Shown here: positions 9,758 through 20,569 of the stretch, piece after piece
How positions within the stretch are numbered: the stretch's first letter is position 1
How the letters are laid out: every line of letters starts with the position of its first letter
IMG/VR virus record: IMGVR_UViG_3300021963_000047
Span: 32,001-96,000 of that record
Reading direction: 5' to 3' (one strand)
Source: a virus
DNA length: 64,000 nt
Program-made: the position numbers and the translations under genes
The notes under the pieces: generated by a model
The model's input: only the letters and a program-made list of their open reading frames with translations
Told to the model about the DNA's origin: nothing
Databases searched by the model: none

Positions 9758-12700
9758 ATGGCTATCGAGAAAGATCTTAACGTATCTCCATATTTTGATG
9801 ACTACGATGAGGCAAAGAATTTTCACAGAGTTCTTTTCAAGCCGGGCGTCTCTGTACAAGTTAGAGAACTAAACCAACTTCAAGCTATTCTTCAAAATCA
9901 AGTTGAAAGATTTGGTAACAATATCTATAAAAGAGGAACAATCATCGATGGTTGTTCATTCTCTTTTGATGATACAATTAGATATGTCAAGCTTTTAGAT
10001 AACGATTTTTTTGGTGTTCCAGTCAATATAAGTGTTTTAAACAATCCAAGTTTTAGAGTTAAGAACTCTAACAATGTACTATCTACTATAGTAAATGTTT
10101 CTGATGGTTATGAGTCTACAGATCCTGATTTAAAAACTTTATATATTCGTTATAGAAATGCTGGAGATAGCGGTTCAGAATATTCATATGACCCAAATCA
10201 GATTTTAACTGTTTATCATAAAAATAAAAGACTTGGTGATATTACAGTCAATAATGGTGGTCTTAATTTTTCTAATTCAGATACATTAGTAATCACACCA
10301 CAGATAGCAGTAAATGTTACATCCGGATCATTTACAAACGGTCAGTATATAACTGATACAACAAATGGTGCCAATCTACAAATTATTGGTGTCGATACAA
10401 CAACATATTCTTCCAATAATTGGGTACTTTTAAAACTAAAACCATTAGATTCGGTTTTAGCCAATGCAGATGCTACTGCCAATCTTTGGACAGTAGGTGT
10501 TGGTAATGAAGTAACAACTAATACAACTGTAGCTACAGTCATAAGCAAATTTGGTGATTCTGCTGTAGGTTATGTAAGAACTACAGCAGCAGGAAAAGTT
10601 ACTAGTGCAATTCTAACTGCTAGAGGAAGTGGTTATGAACATGTTCCAACAGTTAGATTAAGATCTATAGGCAATCCTTCTGGCCTTACAACATTAGATC
10701 TTGAAGCTAGAAATTATTATACTAAACTTGTTGTTGCTGATGGTGCTACAGCTGTTGGCAACAGTTATCAATTTGGTGTTAGTGAAGGAATTATATATCA
10801 AAAAGGTCATTTCATAAGAGTTGAACCTCAGAGCATTATTGTTTCTAAATATAATAATGTTCCAAACAATGTTTCTGTTGTATTTGAAACTACAGAAGAT
10901 ATTATTAACTCTAACATTGATACTTCTCTATTAGATAATGCTCTTGGTACTGAAAACGAAACTGCTCCTGGCGCAGATAGATTAAAACTTACAGCAAACC
11001 TTGTTGTACAGGCTACATCAAACGCTGAAGCTAATGCAGAGACTTATATATTAACAAGTTTCTCTGAAGGTTATCCATTCAGACAAAATCAATTTACTGC
11101 TTTCAATTCTATAAATGATGAAATGGCAGAAAGAACAAATGATCAATCAGGCAACTTTGTTCTAGATCCATTTGCCATGACAACGCGTTCACCAGCAAAT
11201 ACTGCATACGAAGGAAATACTTTTTCTATTGTTGTTGATCCGGGAAGAGCTTATATTAGTGGTTATAGAGTAGCTACAAAATCAAACTTTGTATTGGATG
11301 TCCCTAAGTCATTAGATACAATGACTGCTAATGTTAATATAAGCTTGAATTATGGAAACTATATTAGAGTTTCTGATGTAGCTGGTTTATTTCAGTTTAA
11401 TACCGGTTCTATAGTTAAACTATATAATGCTGCTAAAGATTATATTGCAAACTCTGATTTAGCAACAGGTGAATCAATAACACCTGCAGGAACTAATATT
11501 GGTCAGGCAAGAGTTAGATCTCTAGTATTAGAAAATGGAGTAGCTGGTACATCTTCAGCTATATATAGATTATATCTTTTCCAAGTTGATATCTATCCCG
11601 GTTATAATTTTAAAGACGCAAGAAGCGTTTATTATGATGGTTCAATTAAGGGTATTGCTGATATCATACTTGAATATGATCCTACATCAAATAGTAATAT
11701 TGCTGTAGCAAAAGACAGTAAGAACGGCAAATTAGTATTTAATACAAATAGAACAATTAAAAATGCTAATAATGTAAGATACACATATAGAACAGTATCA
11801 TCTAATACTGCTATGAGTGGTAATGGTACTGCAACGATCTCATATACTAGTATTGCTGATGAGTTCTTTCCATATTCATCACCACTAAGTGTTTCTGATT
11901 TACAATCACTATACGTTGCTCCAGCAGGTCAAGGTTTCAAGAGCAATGTTGCTATTACAGGCACTGTGACTGCAACCACTACTTCACCGAACTTAGTTGG
12001 TTCTTCAACTACATTTATAACAGATTTAAGAATTGGCGATTATATCTACGTATATTCTAATACAACTAGTTATGATATTAAGTTAGTAACAAATATAGTT
12101 AATAATACTCTTATTATTGTAGATTCAAATGTATCATTTGCAAACACTACTAGTTATATTAAGAGATACTACCCACAATATATTCCAATACCATTTGGCA
12201 CAAGAGATGGTCTAACAGCAAACGTAGATGCTAATAGCAATATCTTGACTATTAGTTTAGGCAGTGCTATAGAAACACCTTCAAATAATCATACAATTGT
12301 AGCTTATAACGTAGAAAGAATTGGTGCAGCAGCTGGAACTAAGACAGCAAGTAGAAATAATCTTGTAAAGATTAGTACAGCAAATAATACTGCGAATACA
12401 ATTGGACCTTGGTATCTTGGTGTAAAAGATATAATTAGACTTAGAAAAGTTTATAAGTCTAATAGTAGTACAGTTAATACTAATAGCACAGATGTTACTG
12501 ACTATTTCTATATCGATCATAATCATAATGAAGATTATATTGATAATGGTTGGTTATATCTAAATCCTAAAGTAAACTTTTCTCTAGCAAATACTGATTG
12601 GTTACTTGTTGAATTTGATAGAGCTAATACTTCAGTAAGTGGTTATTATACTTCTGTATCTTATTTAACTGCAAATGCTGAACAGATTGCAGTTAATGAT

Positions 12701-13462
12701 TCTAAAGCTTTAGCTAACTTGAATACAAGTATGCATACTATGGAAGTTCCTGAATTTTTCACAAATGAAAATAAGTATTATGATATGTTAAAGTGTTTTG
12801 ATTTTAGACCACACTCTAATAATAATGCAAACTTAACATCTAATGCTTCATTGGCTACAATTAATCCGGAAGAATTAAATGCAAATAATCTATTTGCAAA
12901 TACAGAATATCGTTTTCCGTTGCCAGATAGTAGATTAACTGCTCAAGTAGAATACTACACTGGAAGAACTGATACAGTTAGAGTTAATAAAAATAATACT
13001 ATAACTGTAACTGAAGGTATAAGCAATGGTGGTCTAACAACAACTGGAAGAACTAGAGATAGTATAAAGATTGGAAATGTAAGAGTACCACCATATCCTT
13101 CTATTCCAGAAAATCCTTCTACTCAATTGCAAGAAATTTTAGATAAGCAAATTGCTAGTGAAAATTTTGTCTTTAATAGAATAGTAGATAGAACTATCTC
13201 TAGACAAATGGATATTACTTCTCAAGCAAAAGCTTATAATATGAAAGATATTGGTAGATTGGATCGTCGTATTCAAAATCTAGAATATACAGTAAGTCTT
13301 TCATTAGCAGAAAGTAATCTTAAAAATAAAGTAATTCCAAGTTCTATTGCTCCTGAAATTAATAGATTTAAATTTGGTTTCTTTATTGATGACTTCTCCA
13401 ATAAAAACTTTACTGAAGAGAAAGATCCAGAATATTCTGCAACGTTGGATATAAGAAAGTAA
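9758..13462 (+). CDS. Large virion structural protein, VrlC/DUF4815-like, N-terminal part
   Basis: LNVSPYFDDYD...FHRVLFKPG..VQVRELNQLQAILQNQVERFG, APGADRLK, YNMKDIGRLDRRIQNLEYTVSLSLAE and RFKFGFFIDDFS. Confidence 0.8.
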   Translation: MAIEKDLNVSPYFDDYDEAKNFHRVLFKPGVSVQVRELNQLQAILQNQVERFGNNIYKRGTIIDGCSFSFDDTIRYVKLLDNDFFGVPVNISVLNNPSFRVKNSNNVLSTIVNVSDGYESTDPDLKTLYIRYRNAGDSGSEYSYDPNQILTVYHKNKRLGDITVNNGGLNFSNSDTLVITPQIAVNVTSGSFTNGQYITDTTNGANLQIIGVDTTTYSSNNWVLLKLKPLDSVLANADATANLWTVGVGNEVTTNTTVATVISKFGDSAVGYVRTTAAGKVTSAILTARGSGYEHVPTVRLRSIGNPSGLTTLDLEARNYYTKLVVADGATAVGNSYQFGVSEGIIYQKGHFIRVEPQSIIVSKYNNVPNNVSVVFETTEDIINSNIDTSLLDNALGTENETAPGADRLKLTANLVVQATSNAEANAETYILTSFSEGYPFRQNQFTAFNSINDEMAERTNDQSGNFVLDPFAMTTRSPANTAYEGNTFSIVVDPGRAYISGYRVATKSNFVLDVPKSLDTMTANVNISLNYGNYIRVSDVAGLFQFNTGSIVKLYNAAKDYIANSDLATGESITPAGTNIGQARVRSLVLENGVAGTSSAIYRLYLFQVDIYPGYNFKDARSVYYDGSIKGIADIILEYDPTSNSNIAVAKDSKNGKLVFNTNRTIKNANNVRYTYRTVSSNTAMSGNGTATISYTSIADEFFPYSSPLSVSDLQSLYVAPAGQGFKSNVAITGTVTATTTSPNLVGSSTTFITDLRIGDYIYVYSNTTSYDIKLVTNIVNNTLIIVDSNVSFANTTSYIKRYYPQYIPIPFGTRDGLTANVDANSNILTISLGSAIETPSNNHTIVAYNVERIGAAAGTKTASRNNLVKISTANNTANTIGPWYLGVKDIIRLRKVYKSNSSTVNTNSTDVTDYFYIDHNHNEDYIDNGWLYLNPKVNFSLANTDWLLVEFDRANTSVSGYYTSVSYLTANAEQIAVNDSKALANLNTSMHTMEVPEFFTNENKYYDMLKCFDFRPHSNNNANLTSNASLATINPEELNANNLFANTEYRFPLPDSRLTAQVEYYTGRTDTVRVNKNNTITVTEGISNGGLTTTGRTRDSIKIGNVRVPPYPSIPENPSTQLQEILDKQIASENFVFNRIVDRTISRQMDITSQAKAYNMKDIGRLDRRIQNLEYTVSLSLAESNLKNKVIPSSIAPEINRFKFGFFIDDFSNKNFTEEKDPEYSATLDIRK

Positions 13463-13500
13463 ATAGGAATAATCAATGAATATTTTTAAGGTAAGAAACT

Positions 13501-13962
13501 ATGTTATATCCGCTTAGAGAGAATTTTTATATAACTGTTGATGGCGATACAGAGCCAGCATATCAAGAGTTTCAAATAGTTTCTCAGCCTATAGCTACTT
13601 ACATTTATGTACCACCTACAACTGGAACTGGTGTAGGTGGTACTGGTGTAGGTGGTACTGGTGTTATAACAACAGGTACTGGTGGTACAGATTGGACTGG
13701 AACTGGTGTAGGTGGTACTGGTGTTGGAACTGGCGTAGGTGGAACCGGTGTTGGAACCGGTGTTGGAACTGGTGTGGGTGTAGATTATCCAGAATTTGGC
13801 GATGGATATGACGATGACGATGATGATGACGATGATGATGCACCATGCACAGGAGATACTGATACAACTGGTGATACATGTACTTGCGCTGATGCCGAAG
13901 ATGATGACGATGACGATGATGATGACGGTGACGATGATGATGGCGATGATGATGGCGAGTGA
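13501..13962 (+). CDS. Small protein with Gly/Thr repeats and a poly-Asp tail; likely middle fragment of the VrlC-like protein
   Basis: AAGG Shine-Dalgarno upstream. LYP...PAYQEFQIVSQPIAT is followed by TGVGG repeats and two Asp runs flanking three Cys. Confidence 0.65.
   Translation: MLYPLRENFYITVDGDTEPAYQEFQIVSQPIATYIYVPPTTGTGVGGTGVGGTGVITTGTGGTDWTGTGVGGTGVGTGVGGTGVGTGVGTGVGVDYPEFGDGYDDDDDDDDDDAPCTGDTDTTGDTCTCADAEDDDDDDDDDGDDDDGDDDGE
13621..13959 (+). repeat. Low-complexity coding repeats (TGVGG-type units and GAT/GAC runs)
   Basis: Visible tandem actggtgtaggtggt units and gatgacgatgat runs. Confidence 0.9.
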
Positions 13963-14007
13963 TTTGAAGCTAAATAAGATAAAGTACATTTCGGAGAAAT
14001 TAAAACA

Positions 14008-16761
14008 ATGGTAGCATTTAATAAACTTAAAAGAGCAAGCAGATTCAAACTCAATAAAGCTTCTCTAGAGTTTAGAAGTTATGGTTTAAAGCCAAATACT
14101 GTCTATAACTTTGTAGACGAGTATGGCAATGATCTGACGTCACATACACAACAAGTGAAAAAAGGTGAAAACTATAACGCAGTTTTTAGTTACTACCAAG
14201 CAAATGAAAGATCACCAAACTTAGATTCTGATGGATACAATATTCCATATTCACATAGTGAGATTCACTATGAAATACTTTTTAATGATTACAATTACTC
14301 TGCTCTCAATACAAAAATAGATAATGTCATAGATATTGGAGAGCTTGGTGATCCATTAAAAACAGATGAAAATGGCATGCTAGCATTCTATTATTATCAT
14401 CCAGATAATAATAATCTAAGTGATGATCTTATTAAGAATACATCTTTAAAAGTTAATAGATATAAAGATTTCTTATTCAAGACTTATAAGTTGACACTTC
14501 CAGATGGAACACATACTGTTAATATTAACCCTGGTAAGAAACTTGTAAAAAGTAAAAATATCGATAACACTGATAATTCTACATTTACGGAAAAGATTTC
14601 TGCGGCAGAAAAAGCATCATTTAGTTTAGCACAAACGTTTTATATAGATGCAGATGCTGTCAATAATGCTACAGAAGTTTTTATTAGCAGTATTGATTTA
14701 TTCTTTAAATCAAAATCAAGCGCAGATGCAACTACAACAGTTAGTGGTCTAGAAAAACCAGGATGTAGCATTACTATAGTACCAACAAAAGACAGAATAC
14801 CTATTATAGATGAAGCAGCATACATGCCATTTTCTAGACTTGAATATGGTTATATCGGTGTTGATCCTGATAATGCCACAGTTAAAACTAAATTTAGCTT
14901 TACAAATCTAGTCAATGTAAAAACAAATACAGAATACGCAGTTTTAATAAAGTTTGATGGCAATTCTAACTTTAAACTTTGGACTAGTACAGAAGGTCAA
15001 TATATACTAGGTACTACAAATAAGACAGCAGGACCTGCGGGCAAGTACATAGGAAACTATTATAGTTATTCTAGCTCTGGTAATAGTTGGATACCAAATA
15101 GTACAACTGATTTAAAATTTAATGTTAATATTGCTAGATTTGCTACAAATGGAACACCAATCAATGCAAATCTTTCTACGATTACAGTTAGAAATAATAG
15201 CAGAGAGTTCATTCACTTTAATGAATTAAGTTCTTCTGCAAAAGATTTTAAACATAATGAAAAAGTTTATCAAGTACAAGCAAATGCCACTGGTAATATT
15301 TCTGTAAGTAATACTTCTACAACTATTACTGGTAACGGAACTCTATTTGATAGCTATTTTGATCAAGGATCTGACTATGAATGGATTGTTATTCAGAACT
15401 CTAGTGGTCAGAATGAACTTAGAGAAGTTATTTCAGTAACTTCTAATACAGTATTAACCATCGACAGACCAACTAGCTTTACTAATACAGCTTGTAATTT
15501 TTATAAAGCTCCAGTAGCATGGGTAGAAGCAGTTAAGTCTTCACACTTAGATGGTGGAAAATCAAATATGCTCGTATTAGCATATTCACAAGCAAACAGT
15601 TCTCTCAAATTTTCTAACAATGGAACAATTTTTGGTTCAGTAAGTAATGCCTATGTAACCAATACACAATTGGTTGATATAAAAGTTAATGAAGCTTCTG
15701 CTGCATTGAATTTAATTAATCCTGCACAGGCTGAGTACAGCACTTATATTACATTCAATTACACATTAGATGCCGGTGGAAACACTGTATTAGATGCTAC
15801 ACCATTTAGTAAGAATGTAAGTAATTTTGTAAGCTACACTTTTACACCAGAAGATGCAGTAGTATTTCCTTCTAGATCAAATGAAATAGCTGCCATAGTT
15901 GCTAGTGGTAATTCTACAGTTTATGCAAACGATTATGGTAATTCAATTATACTTGAAATAACACCTACTATAGTAAATGATTTTGTTACTCCGAAAATAG
16001 GTTCTTTAAAAGATGTAGTGTTATCTAGATATGTCATTAATAATGATTATACAAATGAAAATACAAAGTATGGAAATGCATACAGCAAACATATCACTAC
16101 TAAAGTTAATTTAGAAGCAAATGTAGCAGCTGAAGATATTCTTGTATATCTGAATGCTTATAGACCAATCGGAACTGACATAAAAGTATTCGCAAAAATC
16201 TATAATAATCTAGATATTGAAGCTTTTGATGATAAAGATTGGACTCTATTGGAACAAAAGAGTAGCGCAAAAGATGCGTATTCAAAAAATATGAATGATA
16301 TTATTGAATACACTTATGGGTTTACTCAGTATCCAAATACAGACTTTACATCTGCTGGATATGTTTCAACAACAATAGATCAATCAAATGTGACTGGTAC
16401 AGGAACAACATTTACTACTGATTTTGCAGCTAATGATTTAGTTAAAATTTATCCAGCTTTATTCCCAAATACTTACATAGTTGGTGTTGTTAACAGCGTC
16501 TCAAATAGTACACTATTAACATTAAAAACACCAATAACTAATACCAGTATTACCGGTTCTGGATTAAAAATTGATAAGCTTGAATTTAAATATCAAGCAT
16601 TCAATAATATTACTACAGATAATGTAGTAAGATACTATAGTTCTAGTATGACAGAATTTGATAAGTTTAATAGTTTTAAACTTAAGATAGTATTCTTGTC
16701 AAGTAATAATTATAGTATTCCAATGGTACAAAGCATGAGAGCGGTAGCGGTTTCAACATGA
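14008..16761 (+). CDS. Virion structural protein, VrlC/DUF4815-like C-terminal part
   Basis: GLKPNT, LAQTFYIDA...VFISSIDLFFKSK, DLKFNVNIARF, SKHITTKVNL...AEDILVYLNAYRP and FKLKIVFLS. A GGAG RBS precedes it. Confidence 0.78.
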   Translation: MVAFNKLKRASRFKLNKASLEFRSYGLKPNTVYNFVDEYGNDLTSHTQQVKKGENYNAVFSYYQANERSPNLDSDGYNIPYSHSEIHYEILFNDYNYSALNTKIDNVIDIGELGDPLKTDENGMLAFYYYHPDNNNLSDDLIKNTSLKVNRYKDFLFKTYKLTLPDGTHTVNINPGKKLVKSKNIDNTDNSTFTEKISAAEKASFSLAQTFYIDADAVNNATEVFISSIDLFFKSKSSADATTTVSGLEKPGCSITIVPTKDRIPIIDEAAYMPFSRLEYGYIGVDPDNATVKTKFSFTNLVNVKTNTEYAVLIKFDGNSNFKLWTSTEGQYILGTTNKTAGPAGKYIGNYYSYSSSGNSWIPNSTTDLKFNVNIARFATNGTPINANLSTITVRNNSREFIHFNELSSSAKDFKHNEKVYQVQANATGNISVSNTSTTITGNGTLFDSYFDQGSDYEWIVIQNSSGQNELREVISVTSNTVLTIDRPTSFTNTACNFYKAPVAWVEAVKSSHLDGGKSNMLVLAYSQANSSLKFSNNGTIFGSVSNAYVTNTQLVDIKVNEASAALNLINPAQAEYSTYITFNYTLDAGGNTVLDATPFSKNVSNFVSYTFTPEDAVVFPSRSNEIAAIVASGNSTVYANDYGNSIILEITPTIVNDFVTPKIGSLKDVVLSRYVINNDYTNENTKYGNAYSKHITTKVNLEANVAAEDILVYLNAYRPIGTDIKVFAKIYNNLDIEAFDDKDWTLLEQKSSAKDAYSKNMNDIIEYTYGFTQYPNTDFTSAGYVSTTIDQSNVTGTGTTFTTDFAANDLVKIYPALFPNTYIVGVVNSVSNSTLLTLKTPITNTSITGSGLKIDKLEFKYQAFNNITTDNVVRYYSSSMTEFDKFNSFKLKIVFLSSNNYSIPMVQSMRAVAVST

Positions 16762-17000
16762 TACCAAAAAAAGGTAAAAAAAAGAAAAAGAATAATTTAA
16801 TAGCAACAAACATGCCGGGTTTTTATAAAAATAAGAATACCGGAATCATTATAAATAAAAATAAAAACGAATTAGCATTAGTAAAGAATGCCGTTAATAA
16901 TGCTAAACTCGCAAATGAAAGTAAAGAAAAAGTGGATAAGTTAGAAGATGAAGTTAAACAATTAAAAGAATTATTATTACAGGTCATAGAACGGAAATAA
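16758..17000 (+). CDS. Small conserved protein with C-terminal coiled coil
   Basis: ATGA overlap with the previous gene. GFYKNKNTGIIIN motif, heptad-like C-terminus and Lys-rich N-terminus. Confidence 0.7.
   Translation: MIPKKGKKKKKNNLIATNMPGFYKNKNTGIIINKNKNELALVKNAVNNAKLANESKEKVDKLEDEVKQLKELLLQVIERK
16850..16857 (+). promoter_or_regulatory. Candidate late promoter TATAAATA
   Basis: Exact consensus about 150 nt upstream of the fibre gene at 17004; intragenic. Confidence 0.4.
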
Positions 17001-17003
17001 TTT

Positions 17004-17900
17004 ATGTCTAAAACGTTATCTTCTATCAACACGGCTGCTGATACTTTTCAAAACTGGATTGATAGAACCAATAGCATTATTAGTTTAATCGATACAGAAG
17101 TTGTAACTGCAAATTCTACAGGAGCTCTTACTTCTGGCAATGGATTTGTTAATGGTTACTTCGGTGCCAATACTATTGTTGCAACTTATATTAAAGGTGG
17201 TAATGTTACAACAAATAGTGTTATAACATTTCAAACTAATACTACATTTAGTGCAAACGTTTTAATAAGTGAAAATCTTGTTGTAACTAATACTGTCAAT
17301 TTTGCTAATAGTTTATTGGTATCTGGTAACGTTACTCTATCAAACAGTATCAGTGTCACAGGTAATGCTACTTTATCTAATACTCTATTAGTTATTGGTT
17401 TAGCTAATGCTTCTGGTGGTTTAAACACTACAACTGCTAATGCTACATCATTAAATGTCGGCGCAAATATAAACATAACAACTTCAAATTTAAACATTGG
17501 TAATTCCAGTGTAAATGTATCATCAAATTCATCAATGATACAAATAGTTGGAAGTAATGTAGTTACTGTAAATTACTTAGCAAATCTTGCCACACAAAAT
17601 ACTGTAACTTTTACAGGTTTAACATCACAAATTCTAGATAGTATGGCTTTAGCAACAGTTAGATCTGCTGAATATATTATTTCAGCAAACAACAATACTG
17701 CTAATGCATATCAAATTTCTAAGATATTAGTTATACATGATGGTGCTACTGCTTATGTTACAGAATATGGCACAATATATACAAATACTGCAGTGGTAAC
17801 AATTAGCGCAGGCGCAAACGCTACTCATATGTTTGTAAACTGTACACCAGCTTCAACTAATACTACTGTTAAGTTTACTAGACTTGCATTAGGTGTATAA
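17004..17900 (+). CDS. Tail fibre/collar-like structural protein, Asn-rich
   Basis: DTFQNWIDRTN N-terminus, beta-rich 12-residue repeats, and a C-terminal SAEYIISA...IHDGATAYVTEYG domain. Confidence 0.65.
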   Translation: MSKTLSSINTAADTFQNWIDRTNSIISLIDTEVVTANSTGALTSGNGFVNGYFGANTIVATYIKGGNVTTNSVITFQTNTTFSANVLISENLVVTNTVNFANSLLVSGNVTLSNSISVTGNATLSNTLLVIGLANASGGLNTTTANATSLNVGANINITTSNLNIGNSSVNVSSNSSMIQIVGSNVVTVNYLANLATQNTVTFTGLTSQILDSMALATVRSAEYIISANNNTANAYQISKILVIHDGATAYVTEYGTIYTNTAVVTISAGANATHMFVNCTPASTNTTVKFTRLALGV

Positions 17901-17902
17901 AA

Positions 17903-18232
17903 ATGGCAACAAAAGCAAACTTAGTAATAGATCAAGGAACAACATATACTACAGATCTAAATCTAACAGATGAAAACGGTGATCCTTTAGTTCTTTCTGG
18001 TTATACTGCAAATTCACAGATTAGAAAACACTATACTTCATCAAATTCTGTAGTCTTTTCTACTTCAATAAATGCAGTCGCTGGTATTATAACTCTATCA
18101 TTAACTGCAAATCAAACCGCCAATATGGCCAGTGGTAGATATGTCTATGATGTAGAGCTTACCGATGCATCAAATAGTGTTTCTAGAATTGTAGAAGGCA
18201 TAGTAACTGTAACACCACAGGTAACTAGATAA
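17903..18232 (+). CDS. Small Ig-like virion structural/adaptor protein
   Basis: ANLVIDQGTT...LSLTANQT...GRYVYDVEL...RIVEGIVTVTPQVT family motif, common in T4-like tail regions. Confidence 0.7.
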   Translation: MATKANLVIDQGTTYTTDLNLTDENGDPLVLSGYTANSQIRKHYTSSNSVVFSTSINAVAGIITLSLTANQTANMASGRYVYDVELTDASNSVSRIVEGIVTVTPQVTR

Positions 18233-18498
18233 TGGTTAATATAGTTGTTTCTTCTAAGAAAGCTATAAGAGTAACAGCCAATACGACTGGAGAAGTTATT
18301 CAGTCTTCTACTCCAGTCACTTTAAAAAATACAACAAAATTTTCTGCTGGTAGATTGGATCAGTTAGCAGATGTTTCTGAGCCAACAACACCAGAAGATG
18401 GTTCTACTTTAGTATATAATGCTAGTACAGACACATATGAAGTTAAAAAAGTTAATTTAGGTGAGGTTGAAGGTGATCTTAACGGTGGAACGTTCTAA
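18232..18498 (+). CDS. Small structural protein ending GGTF
   Basis: Translationally coupled (TAATG). LADV...DGSTLVYNAS...DLNGGTF. Confidence 0.65.
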   Translation: MVNIVVSSKKAIRVTANTTGEVIQSSTPVTLKNTTKFSAGRLDQLADVSEPTTPEDGSTLVYNASTDTYEVKKVNLGEVEGDLNGGTF

Positions 18499-18500
18499 AA

Positions 18501-18508
18501 TATAAATA
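18501..18508 (+). promoter_or_regulatory. T4-type late promoter TATAAATA
   Basis: Intergenic exact consensus 30 nt upstream of the fibre gene, which has an AAGGA RBS. Confidence 0.85.
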
Positions 18509-18538
18509 ATTTAAAAAATAATAACAAAGGAACCACCA

Positions 18539-20569
18539 ATGGCAAACCAAATTCAAATTAAAAGAAGTACTACTACAGCAACACCAGTATCACTTGCTAA
18601 TGGTGAATTAGCTTGGACATCAAATGGTGATATCCTCTTTATTGGATCCAGCGGCGCCGTAGAACCTATTTCTGGTAAGAGATATCCTGGTATTCTAACT
18701 GCCAATCAAGCATTGGTTGCTAACGCTACTTCTGGTATCGATAAGATCATCGTAGCAAATCTTCAGCCAACATACATTTATGCTAATGGTGCTTCCGGAA
18801 CTGCTGGTCAAATCCTCACTTCTAACTCTTCTGGTGGTGTTTACTGGACAGCTCCAGCACCAACTACAGCAGGCGCAAATACACAAGTTCAATTCAATGA
18901 TGAAGGTGCACTTGCTGGCGACGCAGATTTTACTTTCAACAAAACAACAAATACACTCACTGTAACTAATATTGCCGGTAATGGTGCTTCTATTACTTCT
19001 GTAGATGCAACAAAAGTTGGTGGTAATACTGCTGGTGATCTTAATACATATGCAGATAATAAAGCTGCAAATGCTTATTCAAATGCAATGTCAGATACGT
19101 TATCACGTAGTGGCACATATACTGGAAATAATATTTTCCAAGGCACAAATACGGTATTTAGTTCAAACGTAACTATTTCTGGTACAATTAACAGAGCTCC
19201 GACAATCACTCTTGCTGGTGATCTTAGTGGTTCTGTAACTCTTACAGACCTTGCAAACGGTACACTTACAGCAACCATCGCAGCAGACTCAGTTGCTCTT
19301 GGTACAGATACGACCGGCAACTACGTTGCTACTATTACAGCTGGAGCTGGTATTTCTGGTTCATCTTCTGCAGAAGGTGGTACACCAACTATCGCTGTTG
19401 TTGCAAATAATGGTATAGTTGCAAATTCATCTGGAGTATTTGTCAATGGTCAAGATGGTCTTACAACAAATGCTTCTGGAGTGTTCGTCAAGAGTGGTAC
19501 AGGTGTTACAGTAAATGCTACCGGTGTTCATATTGGTCAGGCAGTTGGTACATCTGATAACGTAACTTTTAATGATATTACTATCAATGGAAATACTATT
19601 ATTGGTAGCAATAGCAGTGATGTTGTTTCTGTTAATGGTTTAATCAATACAGCGCTAGTACCAGCTGCTAACGTAACATATGATCTTGGCACATCAACAA
19701 TGAGATGGAAAGATCTTTATCTTTCTGGCTCAACTCTTGTTCTTGGTAACGTTACTCTTTCTGATGCAACTGGAACACTATCAACAAATAGTGCTGCTAT
19801 TAGTGAAAATCTAACAGTATCTGGTAATGCAGTATTAGGTAGTAATTCATCAGATATCGTTTCTATTAATGGAGCAGTTAATACTGCTATTACGCCAAGT
19901 GCTAACGTAACATATGATCTTGGTACAAATACATCTCGTTGGAGAGAAATTCACGCTGCTAACGTTCACTCAGTAGATGGTTACTTTGATGGAAACCTTC
20001 AAGTTTCTGGTAACCTTGTAGTTCTCGGTGACGCATTAACAGTCAACGTTGCAACTCTTGCTGTTGAAGACTCGCTCATTCAACTTGCAACAAATAACAC
20101 ATCAACAGACCTTCTCGATATTGGTTTCTATGGAAACTATCAAGTAGGTGGTGGTGGTCATGAACATGCAGGTTTCTTCAGAGACGCTTCTGACGATGGT
20201 ATCTTTAAGTTATTCTATGGTCTACAAGATGCTCCAACAACAACAGTAGATATTGCTGGCACTGGTTATACTAGAGGTACAATCGAAGCTTATCTAAAGT
20301 CAGGTGCATTAATATCAAACGCAACAAATGTTGCTATCACATCAAACTCTACAGTAAGTGTTGCTATTACTGCAAATACTTTAGCATTAACTACTGCACT
20401 CTCTGCAACTGATGGTGGTACAGGCTTTGATACATACACAAGCGGTGATTTATTAGTAGCAAATACTGGTAACGCGCTTTCTAAGTTGTCTCTTGGAACA
20501 GCAGGATATGTACTTCAGTCAAATGGCACTGCATTGATCTATGACGTACTTGATGGTGGTTCATTCTAA
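18539..20569 (+). CDS. Tail fibre protein
   Basis: N-terminal IQIKRS...LANGELAW attachment domain, two PxANVTYDLGT.T.RW repeats, an HAGFFRDAS domain, and C-terminal LDGGSF. Confidence 0.8.
   Translation: MANQIQIKRSTTTATPVSLANGELAWTSNGDILFIGSSGAVEPISGKRYPGILTANQALVANATSGIDKIIVANLQPTYIYANGASGTAGQILTSNSSGGVYWTAPAPTTAGANTQVQFNDEGALAGDADFTFNKTTNTLTVTNIAGNGASITSVDATKVGGNTAGDLNTYADNKAANAYSNAMSDTLSRSGTYTGNNIFQGTNTVFSSNVTISGTINRAPTITLAGDLSGSVTLTDLANGTLTATIAADSVALGTDTTGNYVATITAGAGISGSSSAEGGTPTIAVVANNGIVANSSGVFVNGQDGLTTNASGVFVKSGTGVTVNATGVHIGQAVGTSDNVTFNDITINGNTIIGSNSSDVVSVNGLINTALVPAANVTYDLGTSTMRWKDLYLSGSTLVLGNVTLSDATGTLSTNSAAISENLTVSGNAVLGSNSSDIVSINGAVNTAITPSANVTYDLGTNTSRWREIHAANVHSVDGYFDGNLQVSGNLVVLGDALTVNVATLAVEDSLIQLATNNTSTDLLDIGFYGNYQVGGGGHEHAGFFRDASDDGIFKLFYGLQDAPTTTVDIAGTGYTRGTIEAYLKSGALISNATNVAITSNSTVSVAITANTLALTTALSATDGGTGFDTYTSGDLLVANTGNALSKLSLGTAGYVLQSNGTALIYDVLDGGSF

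Noticed and set aside
13452-13500. TAAGAAA direct repeat flanking the stop codon, suggesting gene-60-like ribosomal bypassing or a small intron joining 9758 and 13501
   Set aside because: The matching AAG landing codons and the 40-nt excision both give the wrong frame, and the GT..AG excision meets an in-frame TAA. The downstream ATG has its own SD.
13504-14054. Several alternative-frame and antisense ORFs (poly-Ile, poly-His, poly-Ser, poly-Met)
   Set aside because: These are shadows of the GAT/GGT low-complexity repeats.
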